DNA of 64,000 nucleotides, from NCBI GenBank assembly GCA_963974715.1, contig CAXBDK010000010.1, positions 128,067 through 192,066 of the forward strand, written 5' to 3'. The notes beneath the pieces were generated by a model. It saw only the letters and a list, made by a program, of their open reading frames with translations. It made no database searches and had not been told where the DNA came from. A program made the translations under genes and the position numbers. Each line of letters starts with the position of its first letter. Position 1 is the first letter of the stretch. The DNA is from an uncultured Sediminicola sp. (GTDB lineage: Bacteria; Bacteroidota; Bacteroidia; Flavobacteriales; Flavobacteriaceae). Shown piece by piece: positions 45,040 through 54,553 of this stretch.

Positions 45040-47076
45040 TTATTTTTCTCCCGTTTCTTGCCCATCCTCTTTTTCGGCTTCCTCCGCTTCCCTGTTAAGG
45101 TTGTTCTCCAGGATATTCAATTTTTTTAGTTTTTCCTTCCAAGTAAGTAGGGACTCCTTATGATTATTGATGTTTTTGATTACTTCCTGTACTACGGGAC
45201 TGTCCTCGGAGGTGCTTGAGAAGAACTGAAGGTTGTTTTCCAATTGGTTTATTTCACTTTTTGTCTCATCGATCTTCCTGCGGATAAAAGTACGTTCATT
45301 GTAAATGGCCCGCTCATTGTCGGCATTGGCCAATTGTTGGATCTTGTTCCCGTACTTCAATAATTCGGCTTCCTGTTTGTTAACGTCCAATTTATTGAAA
45401 AGGGCATCCAGTATCTTATTGAACTTTACGTTGATGCTCTTTCTGTTGAAGGGCACCCTGCCATAGGTTTTCCATTCGGCGATAAAGGCCTTGATGGTCG
45501 CCAGATCTTTTTGACGTTCCCCGCTCAGTTCGAAGGCCTTTAACCGTTCAAGGCAATCGGATTTCTTTTCCAAGTGTTCCTCTTCCTCTTTGCTGGCTTC
45601 ATTTTTAAGGGAGTGCAATCTGTCAAAATAATGGTTACAGGCGTTTTTGAACTCGTTCCAGATCTTATCGGAATATTTTCGCGGAACATGTCCTATTTTT
45701 TTCCACTCGTTCTGGATCCTTTTCATTTCGGCAGTGGCCACGTCCCAGTCGTCACTGTCCTTCAATGCTATGGCCAGGTCCAAAAGCTCTCTTTTACTGT
45801 CCAAGTTCTCCTGTTGTTCCTTTTTTAGGTTTTTGTAGTATGCGTTCTTGCTCCTGTTGAAGGTCCTGACCGCTTCCTTAAAGGAGGCCCACGTCTGCTC
45901 GTTCACCTTTTGGGGTACCTTGCCGGCCTTAAAGAAGGAATCCCTAAGTTCTTCAACTTGCCGCATCTGCTGTTGCACCACTTTATGGTTGTTGCCAACA
46001 TTATTGGTTATGGTGGAGATAGCTGCAATTATTTCATTTTTTTTGACAAGGTTCCCTTCGTATACCTTGTCCATTTCCTTATAATGGTCCTGACGTCGTT
46101 GGTGCAGTACCTTTGTGGCATTGCTGAAACCTTCCCAGATAAGTTCCCGGTGTTCCCTATCCACGGGACCGATATCCTCTTTCCAGATTTTATGAAGGGT
46201 CTGCAGCTCTTGGAACGCCACGTTCAGATCAGGTTCATCTGCTAGGGCGTCCGCCCTTTGGATGAGTTTTAATTTTTCCTCCAGATTGTGTTTGAAATCC
46301 AGGTCCCTTAGCTCCCTGTTCAGGTGAAGGAAATCATAGAATATCTCTATGTGGTGGTGATAGGTACGCCAAACGTCATTATAGTTGGTACGTGGTACCG
46401 GGCCTGCGGTACGCCAGCGTTCTTGAAGGTCCTTAAAATTTTTATAAGTGGTGTTGATATCCTCTTCCACGTTTACAAGTCCCTTCAGCTGTTCAATGAT
46501 CTCCAACCTGTTCTTCAGGTTATTGCTCAAGTTTTTCTCAAGCCCATTGTAATAGCTGTCCCTTTTTTCACGGTACTCTGTATATACTTCGTTGAACTGT
46601 CTTTTATCAACGGAGTTGTACTTAAAATCGACCTCATTGCCACCATTGTTGATGAACTCTTCTTTTTTGTGTTCCAGAAAATCCTGGAACTTTAGGTCGA
46701 ACTCATATTTAATGCCATCCACGTGTTTTTTAATGGCCTGTACCTTTTCATTTTTCACCAATCGCTGTAGTTCCCCCACCAAATTTTCCATGGACATGGA
46801 GTGGTAGTCCAAAAGGGGAATGGTGTGCCGTACCTTGTTATCCTCATCCTCTGCATCCTCTGCATTGGATTCATCTATTTCCCCAAGGACGTCCGAGTCC
46901 TTTTCCGCAGCATCATCTTCCGCATCCGCTTCTTGGGTAGGGGTATCCGCAAGGGAATCCCCTTGGTCCGTATCGTCCAATTCAGTGCTTTTCTCTGGGG
47001 AAGGTGTGGTCCCAGTAGTTTCTGAACTTTCTTCCCCTACATTATCCTGTAGTTCCTCGTCTTTCTCTTCCAACAT
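45040..47076 (-). CDS. DUF349 domain protein
   Basis: Acidic disordered N-terminus followed by repeated units LQERWRTAGPVP, LHKIWKEDIGPV, IQNEWKKIGHVP and FIAEWKTYGRVP. TAACTTTG -7 element at 47140-47 (minus strand). Confidence 0.88.
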   Translation of the reverse strand: MLEEKDEELQDNVGEESSETTGTTPSPEKSTELDDTDQGDSLADTPTQEADAEDDAAEKDSDVLGEIDESNAEDAEDEDNKVRHTIPLLDYHSMSMENLVGELQRLVKNEKVQAIKKHVDGIKYEFDLKFQDFLEHKKEEFINNGGNEVDFKYNSVDKRQFNEVYTEYREKRDSYYNGLEKNLSNNLKNRLEIIEQLKGLVNVEEDINTTYKNFKDLQERWRTAGPVPRTNYNDVWRTYHHHIEIFYDFLHLNRELRDLDFKHNLEEKLKLIQRADALADEPDLNVAFQELQTLHKIWKEDIGPVDREHRELIWEGFSNATKVLHQRRQDHYKEMDKVYEGNLVKKNEIIAAISTITNNVGNNHKVVQQQMRQVEELRDSFFKAGKVPQKVNEQTWASFKEAVRTFNRSKNAYYKNLKKEQQENLDSKRELLDLAIALKDSDDWDVATAEMKRIQNEWKKIGHVPRKYSDKIWNEFKNACNHYFDRLHSLKNEASKEEEEHLEKKSDCLERLKAFELSGERQKDLATIKAFIAEWKTYGRVPFNRKSINVKFNKILDALFNKLDVNKQEAELLKYGNKIQQLANADNERAIYNERTFIRRKIDETKSEINQLENNLQFFSSTSEDSPVVQEVIKNINNHKESLLTWKEKLKKLNILENNLNREAEEAEKEDGQETGEK

Positions 47077-47252
47077 TTTAAAATGTTTATCGGTTATGCG
47101 ATATATTATATTGTAAGATAGTAACAATCACGGTAACTGCAAAGTTAATCAAACTTCTTTTAAACCTCTGCGCAGTGGCCCTTGTACCCAACAGTTTCTG
47201 GTTTACAATGCTTTAGGGGGGGGCATTTCGGAATCGGTACCGGGAGTGTGGA

Positions 47253-48008
47253 TTATTTGGTATTCCAGATTTCCCATGCCCTTTCGGCTTGAAGGACCAA
47301 CATCTGAAGTCCGTTCTGAACACTTGCCCCTACTGCTTCCCCTTGTTTTAGAAAAGCGGTCCTTTCGGGATTGTAGATAAGATCGTACAACAAATGATCC
47401 TTGTTGAGCGATTCGTAAGGTAGTTGTGGACAATCCGTAATATTGGGATAGGTGCCCACGGGACTGCAATTTATGATCAGGGTATGCGCTCCCAACACCT
47501 GTGCATCTAAATCCGAATAGGCCAATTGGCCGGTAGTGGGGTTCCGGGAAACATAGGTGACGGTAATTCCCAGCTCGCGAAGGACATGGGCAATTGCTTT
47601 TGAGGCCCCGCCCGTACCCAGGATAAGCGATTTTTTGTGATGTGGCCGTAATTGGGGCAGCAGTGATTCCCTAAAACCAAAGGCATCGGTATTGTGACCT
47701 ACGAGACCATCTTTTGTGAAGTGTACGGTGTTTACCGCCCCGATCGCCTTGGCCATGGGGTCAAGGACATCCAAATAAGGTAGGACGGCCTCCTTGTACG
47801 GAATGGTTATGTTCAGGCCTTGCAGGTCGGGATTGGATTTCAGGAGTTCAGGAAATGCCTCGATATTGGGGAGGTCAAAATTTTCATAGGTGTGCTCTAC
47901 CAATGCCTGCGCGGCAAATTTTTCCGCAAAGTATTTTTTTGAAAATGAGTAGGAGATGTTCCTGCCCACCAAACCAAATTTATGTTTCCTGTTCCTTGTT
48001 TCTACCAT
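47253..48008 (-). CDS. aroE: Shikimate dehydrogenase
   Basis: SYSFS, NITIPYK, GAVNT, NTD, GTGGA and DLIYNP...GLQMLVLQA. Confidence 0.93.
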   Translation of the reverse strand: MVETRNRKHKFGLVGRNISYSFSKKYFAEKFAAQALVEHTYENFDLPNIEAFPELLKSNPDLQGLNITIPYKEAVLPYLDVLDPMAKAIGAVNTVHFTKDGLVGHNTDAFGFRESLLPQLRPHHKKSLILGTGGASKAIAHVLRELGITVTYVSRNPTTGQLAYSDLDAQVLGAHTLIINCSPVGTYPNITDCPQLPYESLNKDHLLYDLIYNPERTAFLKQGEAVGASVQNGLQMLVLQAERAWEIWNTK

Positions 48009-48999
48009 ACCATTCCAGCGCTAAGAGTATGCCCGCTCCCACTGCCATACAGAAGAAGGCCCACCAGGTTTCCGAACTGCCAAGTTCGGGAAAATATCGT
48101 TCGTAATTGGCTATTATTTGGTTGCCGTTGGAGTCCATCAGTACATTGCCCGCTGCATCCGTTTTGTAAATGGTCGCCTTCCAAGGCCATACCACCCCCA
48201 AGGACCCCGTGATAAAGCCAATGATGACCGCAGTGGTTATATGTTTGTAATGTTTCAGCACGTAGGAAAGGATATGGGATAAGGTCACCAGTCCCGTTGC
48301 GGACCCCGCGGTAAAAACGGCCAATATCTTAAGGGTATTGAGACGGGAGGGATTGCTTGCAAAGCTGAAATCGCCTTGTAGCATTTCCGAAAAAGTATCG
48401 TACAACGCGTTTACCGAATCGACCAACAACAGCACATAGTTGCCCAGTAGGATCAGGATAAAGGATCCTGATAGTCCCGGTAGCGTCATACCGGAGACAC
48501 TGATGATGCCGCAGAAAAAGATAAACACCAGATTGTCGTTTTCCCGGGCCGGATTTAAAAAACTGATGGAAATCCCAATGATCAATCCTATGATGCCAGC
48601 AGTAATTGTTTTTTTGTTCCAATGGCCGTAATCTTTGGAGATATAATAAATGGAACCTACGATCATTCCAAAAAATGCGGCCCAGACATACAGTTCCTTT
48701 TTCTCCAAAAAATAATCCAGTATCTTGGAGATACTGAAATAGCTCACCAACATGCCAAAGATCAACAAGGATAAAAACTGCCCGTTGGTATACCTATAGA
48801 AACTTTTGAAACGACCGTTAAAGATCAGTTTGGCTGCTTTAAGGTTCACTTTTTGCAAGGAGTAGATGAACTCTTCATAAAACCCGCCCACAAAGGCCAC
48901 TATTCCGCCAGAGACCCCCGGGACCTTGTTGGCCGCACCCATACAAAGTCCCTTGATGACCAAAAAGAATTTGTCCATAAACGTTCTAGGGCTGCTCAT
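47980..48999 (-). CDS. DUF368 family membrane protein (putative undecaprenyl-phosphate translocase)
   Basis: GAANKVPGVSGG and MTLPGLSGS repeats. Confidence 0.85.
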   Translation of the reverse strand: MSSPRTFMDKFFLVIKGLCMGAANKVPGVSGGIVAFVGGFYEEFIYSLQKVNLKAAKLIFNGRFKSFYRYTNGQFLSLLIFGMLVSYFSISKILDYFLEKKELYVWAAFFGMIVGSIYYISKDYGHWNKKTITAGIIGLIIGISISFLNPARENDNLVFIFFCGIISVSGMTLPGLSGSFILILLGNYVLLLVDSVNALYDTFSEMLQGDFSFASNPSRLNTLKILAVFTAGSATGLVTLSHILSYVLKHYKHITTAVIIGFITGSLGVVWPWKATIYKTDAAGNVLMDSNGNQIIANYERYFPELGSSETWWAFFCMAVGAGILLALEWYGRNKEQET

Positions 49000-49012
49000 T
49001 GATGGGGCGGAA

Positions 49013-49930
49013 TTATTTTTTGGAAGCTAGTTTTTCCAATGCAAAAATAAGGGAAAAACCAAGGAGGCCCAATAAGAGGGCCCATATAAATTGATTGTCC
49101 CCCTCGAACGAAAAAGGGGATACGTTGCGCTCCCTTATGGTAATGACCTTATCATCGAACACCTTTGTCTCCAAGACCTCTTTCCAGGGCCAAATTTTAC
49201 TGAGGGATCCCAGGATAAAACCTGTTAGGAGCGCTAAGGTGACATTTTTGTAGTTGGTGAACATCCATTTCAGCAATCGCGCAAAACTGAGCAGTCCTAC
49301 AATAGCGCCCAGGCCCACTGTGGCCACCACTGCCAGGTCCCTTTGGTGTACCGCATCCAATATGGTCTTGTACGACCCCAGCAGTACCAGAATGAACGCC
49401 CCGGAGATGCCAGGGAGTATCATAGCGCACACTGCTATGGCCCCGCACAGGAAAAGAAAGGGTAGGCTGTCGGTATTGCCGATCGGGGGCAAGGTGGTAA
49501 TATAATAGGCCCCAATGGCCCCAAGGAGCAGGAACAAAATGGCGGCCAGGTTCCATTTCCGAATTTCCTTCCCCACAAAAAAGATACTGGCGGCCACAAG
49601 TCCGAAAAAGAAGGACCAGAGAAGTACGGGCCGGTTTTCCAATAACCAACTGACCAACGAGGCCAGTGTAAAGAGGCTTATGAAAATGCCCAAAAACAGC
49701 GCGAGCAGGAAATTTCCGTTCAGGCGCTTCCAAAATTCCTTAAACCCATGCTGGCGCAAGGTTTTGAAAAGGCCTAGGTCAAAATTGTTTATGGATGTGA
49801 TCAATTCTTCGTAGATTCCGGAAATAAAGGCGATGGTGCCCCCGGAGACGCCCGGGACCACATCGGCGGCCCCCATGGCCATGCCCTTAAGGGTAATGAC
49901 TAAATACTGTAATAAATTACGACGTTCCAT
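49013..49930 (-). CDS. DUF368 family membrane protein (paralogue)
   Basis: GAADVVPGVSGGT and MILPGISG. TATTTTTG -7 element at 49946-53 (minus strand). Confidence 0.9.
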   Translation of the reverse strand: MERRNLLQYLVITLKGMAMGAADVVPGVSGGTIAFISGIYEELITSINNFDLGLFKTLRQHGFKEFWKRLNGNFLLALFLGIFISLFTLASLVSWLLENRPVLLWSFFFGLVAASIFFVGKEIRKWNLAAILFLLLGAIGAYYITTLPPIGNTDSLPFLFLCGAIAVCAMILPGISGAFILVLLGSYKTILDAVHQRDLAVVATVGLGAIVGLLSFARLLKWMFTNYKNVTLALLTGFILGSLSKIWPWKEVLETKVFDDKVITIRERNVSPFSFEGDNQFIWALLLGLLGFSLIFALEKLASKK

Positions 49931-50049
49931 AGCTTACAAAAACAGCAAAAATAGCCTTTTTATCCCATTAAATTGGACTAATTTCCAGATGCTATTAGGC
50001 CATGTGGTTTAGGGTTTCTTCTATTTATGGGATTGCCCCTCTAGATGTT

Positions 50050-51447
50050 TTAGGAAGCCCTTTTTATTTCGGAAATTATATCCTGTATCCAGTCCAGTTG
50101 AAGAAATTGTGGAAATGCACTTTCAAAATGCCCCAATTTGCCAGTATTCTGTTTAAGGGCCTTGGTGAAGGATTTTTTAGCCTTTACGGTATCCCCCAGC
50201 AGCAGGTATACCCCTGTCATCCTGAAATGGAGCTTGGCCTCTTTGGGATAGAAATCCAGCCCCTGTTCCAAAATCTGGAAAGCCGATTCGGCATCGCCGC
50301 CCACCAGTACTACCTGCGACCAGGAAATCCAGGTATCAAGTTCGTAGTTCCCGAAATCGACGGCCTGTTTAAAGGCAAAATCCGCTTCGTCGTACTTTTC
50401 CAGGGCCATGTTTATTTTGGCACACTTTTTCCAGTACATCGAATTTTCTTCGTCGATATGGATGGCCTTATTGATATAATAGAGCGCTTTTTTGTATTGC
50501 TTTTTGCGGTAGTAAAAATCGGTTATGGCGATCCATCCTTTGTCCAAAAGAGGGTCTTCGTGCACGGTATGGTAATAAAAATGCTTTGCCAGATCGTCAT
50601 TCTTCAACTTTTCATGGCATTTTCCGATGCGTAGGTAAGCGTGGGACGTGGGATCCTCGATGCTGATGGTGGTCTCATAGTTTTCTATCGCCTCGTTATA
50701 CCTTCCCAATTTCTCCAGCACTTTGCCCTTTTCGAAATACGCTCCAATAAAGGTATCGTCCGAAATGATCGCAAAATCATAGGCGGCCAATGCCTCGGCG
50801 AACATCTTCTTATAATAGTACTGTTTTCCCAATTGGTGCCAGGCCACCTCACAGTAAGGGTTTCTTTCCAGATAATCGTTCAGGTATCCAATGGCCCCAT
50901 CGAAATCCTCTAGAAATTCAAAACAGTAGATTACGTTGTACAGGGAGGAGTAGTCCTCTTCGTCATAGGAAACGCACATCATAAAGTTTTCCTTGGCCAG
51001 TTGGAAATTGTCCATAAAGAGGTATTCCATGCCCAACAGGGAGTGTATGTCAAAACTGTCGTCCGAAAGTTCCAAGGCCTTGTGCAGCAGTATTACGGCC
51101 GCTTCGTGGTTGTCCTTTTTGGAATGGATATTGGCCCTTTGGATATAAATTTCCTCGTTGCTGGCGTCCAATTGCTGTAATTCGTCCAACATTTTTTCGG
51201 CCACCTCCAAGTGGTTTTCAAAGACTTTGACCTCCACGTCCAATAGTTTTATCTCAATGGAATCGGGATGTTGTTGCAGGCCTATTTTTATGGCCTTTTT
51301 TCCTAGGGATACTTTGCCATTGTTCAAGTAGTGGTGAATGATATCCTCAAAATCCTCCGCATCGAAAAAATAGACATCGTCCGTTTTTAGCATGGATTCG
51401 AATTTGGCTATTGGTTGGCTTGGTCTTTCGTTAGAATCTAACGCCAT
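50050..51447 (-). CDS. Tetratricopeptide repeat protein
   Basis: Many TPR-like units, e.g. AWHQLGKQYY..., AYFEKGKVLEKLGRYNEAIENY. Confidence 0.88.
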   Translation of the reverse strand: MALDSNERPSQPIAKFESMLKTDDVYFFDAEDFEDIIHHYLNNGKVSLGKKAIKIGLQQHPDSIEIKLLDVEVKVFENHLEVAEKMLDELQQLDASNEEIYIQRANIHSKKDNHEAAVILLHKALELSDDSFDIHSLLGMEYLFMDNFQLAKENFMMCVSYDEEDYSSLYNVIYCFEFLEDFDGAIGYLNDYLERNPYCEVAWHQLGKQYYYKKMFAEALAAYDFAIISDDTFIGAYFEKGKVLEKLGRYNEAIENYETTISIEDPTSHAYLRIGKCHEKLKNDDLAKHFYYHTVHEDPLLDKGWIAITDFYYRKKQYKKALYYINKAIHIDEENSMYWKKCAKINMALEKYDEADFAFKQAVDFGNYELDTWISWSQVVLVGGDAESAFQILEQGLDFYPKEAKLHFRMTGVYLLLGDTVKAKKSFTKALKQNTGKLGHFESAFPQFLQLDWIQDIISEIKRAS

Positions 51448-51532
51448 AGGATCGTTTTAGTTAAACTATCTTTCTAAAATTACTGTATTGATCTTCGGGT
51501 TTGTGGATTTTTTGGGGGAGGTTATCAACAAA

Positions 51533-52732
51533 TTAGTTAACAACGGCCCCTTCGTAAAGATCCAGTACGTCCAAGATCATTTGGCAGCCCTTTTCAATTT
51601 CCTGTTTCGAAATGGTCAACGGGGGCGATATCCTCACTGCCCTGGGTTCAAAGAGCAACCAGAACAGGATCAGTCCCATTTCGGCACATTTTAGTACCAC
51701 ATGGTCCGTGATTTCCTTATCTTCCAGCATGATCGCCAACATAAGCCCCTTTCCGTTGATGCTTTTTATATGCTTGTGAACGAGCAGTTCCCTAATCAGC
51801 GTTTCCTTTTCAAGGGCCTGTTCCATCAAGGGGCCTTCGGTGATTTCGCGAAGCGTCGCCAAACTGGCGGCCGCTATGACCGGATTTCCCCCAAAAGTGG
51901 TGATATGTCCCAATTTGGGCCGATGTTGGAGGCCTCTCATCATTTCTTGGGAAGCGATAAATGCCCCCACGGGCATGCCCGATGCCATTCCCTTTCCGAT
52001 TACCAATATATCGGGGGTACAGTTATAATGCTCAAAGGAAAACAGTTTTCCCGTTCGTCCGAATCCCGGTTGGATCTCATCGAGAATGAGGAGGGCACCG
52101 ACGTGGCTACAGCGTTGCCGTACTTTTTCCAGATAGCCGTCCCTAGGTTCTATAAATCCGGCACTTCCCTGTATGGTCTCCAAGATGACGGCGGCGGTGC
52201 GTTCTGTTATCCTTTCAAGATCTTCCGCCAAATTGAACCGAATAAAGGCCACGTCGGGGATCAAGGGCCTATAGGCACTTTTTCTGGGTTCGTGTCCCAT
52301 GACGCTCATACTGCCCATGGTATTCCCGTGATAGGCTTGGTTTGCGGCTATGATCTGCGACCTACCGGTAACCCTACGTGCCAGCTTTAGCGCCCCCTCA
52401 ATGGCCTCGGTTCCCGAGTTCACCAGATAAGTGGTCTCCAAGGGAGCGGGCAGGAGGGAGGCCAACAGTTTGGCATACTCCACGGCCGGTCTTTGGACAT
52501 ATTCGCCGTACACCATAACGTGCATATACTTGGCCGCTTGTTCCTGTACCGCTTCCACGACCCTTGGATGGCAATGTCCGAGGCTGCAGGCAGAGACCCC
52601 GGCCACAAAATCCAAATGGGCATTGCCCTGGGTGTCGTAAACATAACTGCCCGAAGCATGGGAAACCTCCAATGCCAATGGGTACGGACTGGTTTGCGCC
52701 TGATATCTGTAAAAGTCGTCCTTTATCACCAT
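51533..52732 (-). CDS. Class III PLP-dependent aminotransferase (ornithine/acetylornithine-like)
   Basis: NSGTEA, YHGNT, DEIQPGFGRTG, GKGMASG and TTFGGNP. Confidence 0.9.
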   Translation of the reverse strand: MVIKDDFYRYQAQTSPYPLALEVSHASGSYVYDTQGNAHLDFVAGVSACSLGHCHPRVVEAVQEQAAKYMHVMVYGEYVQRPAVEYAKLLASLLPAPLETTYLVNSGTEAIEGALKLARRVTGRSQIIAANQAYHGNTMGSMSVMGHEPRKSAYRPLIPDVAFIRFNLAEDLERITERTAAVILETIQGSAGFIEPRDGYLEKVRQRCSHVGALLILDEIQPGFGRTGKLFSFEHYNCTPDILVIGKGMASGMPVGAFIASQEMMRGLQHRPKLGHITTFGGNPVIAAASLATLREITEGPLMEQALEKETLIRELLVHKHIKSINGKGLMLAIMLEDKEITDHVVLKCAEMGLILFWLLFEPRAVRISPPLTISKQEIEKGCQMILDVLDLYEGAVVN

Positions 52733-54441
52733 GTTCCTCCCGCCTTTTCCGTTTCCCTTTTATCTGAACGGTCAGTGCCCGACGCAGTGGTCGCTTTGGT
52801 TCCCTGACCGTTCACAGGATCTCCTTGGTTCCGCTGCCGTTCCTGTTCTTCGGCATCGATGTCTATAGGATTGTCGATTCCCCGTATGCGCACCAGTTCC
52901 AGATTGTTGTCGTCCTCATCAAAAATATCGTCCTTGGTAAGGATGCGTTCCGGTCCCCTCCAAATAAACCCCTTTAATTTACGGCTGTTTTCCGGAAGTT
53001 CTACCTCGGGGAAGACATCCCCGTCGGGATTCGTGATAAAGGTGATGTCCTCTATCTCATTTTTTTGCATCACTATATTGATGGCACTGCAGATGGTCTT
53101 GTCGATACCGATCAGTTCCTGGTCATCATTGTATAGATAGTAGATGACCTCGGTATTTTTCACCAGATCGATGATCTTTAGTTCGTTGTCCACGAATTTT
53201 CCGAAAAGGTCCTTGCCCTTGGCCTGGTTGTACCCTTCCTTGCCAATGGTATCAAGGGCAATGATAAAGGCGTTGTTCAGCACTTTTAGGGAATCCAGTT
53301 TTTCCGTCTTTAGATCTGACAACAAATGGATACTGTCGCCCGTCATTTGGTTCTCCCCGTTCCAGATAACGGGAGCGGTGATCAATTGGGTAATGCCCGT
53401 TTTTTGGTCGAAATGGATGGAGTCGCACTTTCCGCTGAGGTCGGTCTTATAAAATTTGGCGTTCCTGAAGGCCCTTATGATCCGTTCTTCCGGCTTTCCG
53501 GTAATCATCAGGGTATCGCCGTGCATATAAAGGGAATCGTTCTGTACCTCATTAATGGAGACCGCTCTTCGAGTGGCAAAAACGGAATCCTTTGCCTTGA
53601 AAACTTCGGCGTAATGGGCCCTTATGATCCCTTTGTTAACGGTATCCGTTATCTGTATGTTATTGGTAGCGGATGCAAATTCCCTGGCCTTGTCAAAAAA
53701 GACGCTGTCCCCTACAATGATCCTATTGTTATAATCGATCCGGGTATTTTTGATCCCGTACCCGCTTTCGATCTTGGTATCGTAAAATCCGCGTTCACAG
53801 TATAGTTTATAGGCTTCCCCGGTAATGGTGGATGGCCCGTACATATAGGCATTTTTGGAAGTGGTATAATAATCGAGCTGTTCCGAGTCGATGATGTATT
53901 CCGGGTTGTCTATATGTACACTGTCCAAAAACTGGTATTTTTTGGTCACCATAAAATACCGGCCCACTTCACTGGTAAGGGTATTGGCCGAATCGACCAC
54001 GGTGCCATAATCTTGGTAATAGGCCTCCTGTTTCTCCCTGTCGAATCGAAGGGTATCGGTCTTGAGGGTCATGTCGGAATTGGTGAGCACTACATTTTCA
54101 TAGGCTTTGGCCAGCTTCAGGTTCCCGTCATAGTCCACTTTTCCACTGGTCATGGTCACCGAATCGCCTTGTTGTAATCGTACATTGTTCAGGGCCTTTA
54201 ACCTGTTTTCCTTTTGGTAAAAAATGGCTACATCGCAAAAGAGCAGCGCACCCTGATGTTCAAACTGGACCTGCTGTTCCTCGTCCTTGCTAAAGATGGA
54301 AGCACCTGGGTACCTTGCTTCGTCCTTGGTAAAGTTGGCGCCGTACACAATATTGATCTGTCTCTTTTCCGGGGGCTGTTCCTGGGAGCGCCCTACCAAT
54401 AAGAACAACAATAGGCCTATAGTAAAAAAACGGTGGTACAA
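52726..54441 (-). CDS. OstA-like (LptA/LptD N-terminal beta-jellyroll) protein
   Basis: Signal peptide and repeated beta-taco segments (LFCDVAIFY, LKTDTLRFDR, SGKCDSIHF). TATTTTTG -7 element at 54458-65 (minus strand). Confidence 0.82.
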   Translation of the reverse strand: MYHRFFTIGLLLFLLVGRSQEQPPEKRQINIVYGANFTKDEARYPGASIFSKDEEQQVQFEHQGALLFCDVAIFYQKENRLKALNNVRLQQGDSVTMTSGKVDYDGNLKLAKAYENVVLTNSDMTLKTDTLRFDREKQEAYYQDYGTVVDSANTLTSEVGRYFMVTKKYQFLDSVHIDNPEYIIDSEQLDYYTTSKNAYMYGPSTITGEAYKLYCERGFYDTKIESGYGIKNTRIDYNNRIIVGDSVFFDKAREFASATNNIQITDTVNKGIIRAHYAEVFKAKDSVFATRRAVSINEVQNDSLYMHGDTLMITGKPEERIIRAFRNAKFYKTDLSGKCDSIHFDQKTGITQLITAPVIWNGENQMTGDSIHLLSDLKTEKLDSLKVLNNAFIIALDTIGKEGYNQAKGKDLFGKFVDNELKIIDLVKNTEVIYYLYNDDQELIGIDKTICSAINIVMQKNEIEDITFITNPDGDVFPEVELPENSRKLKGFIWRGPERILTKDDIFDEDDNNLELVRIRGIDNPIDIDAEEQERQRNQGDPVNGQGTKATTASGTDRSDKRETEKAGGTW

Positions 54442-54522
54442 TACGCTGAATTTTCGCCAAAAATAGGGATTTTTTGGTGTCCTAGGCCAAAAGTTGGCAT
54501 AGATTTAGTAAATGCCACCATC

Positions 54523-54548
54523 AAAAAAAAGCCACAAAAATGTGGCTT
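54523..54548 (-). terminator. Terminator after purA
   Basis: Minus strand reads AAGCCACA-TTTT-TGTGGCTTTTTTTT. Confidence 0.7.
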
Positions 54549-54553
54549 CCTTT

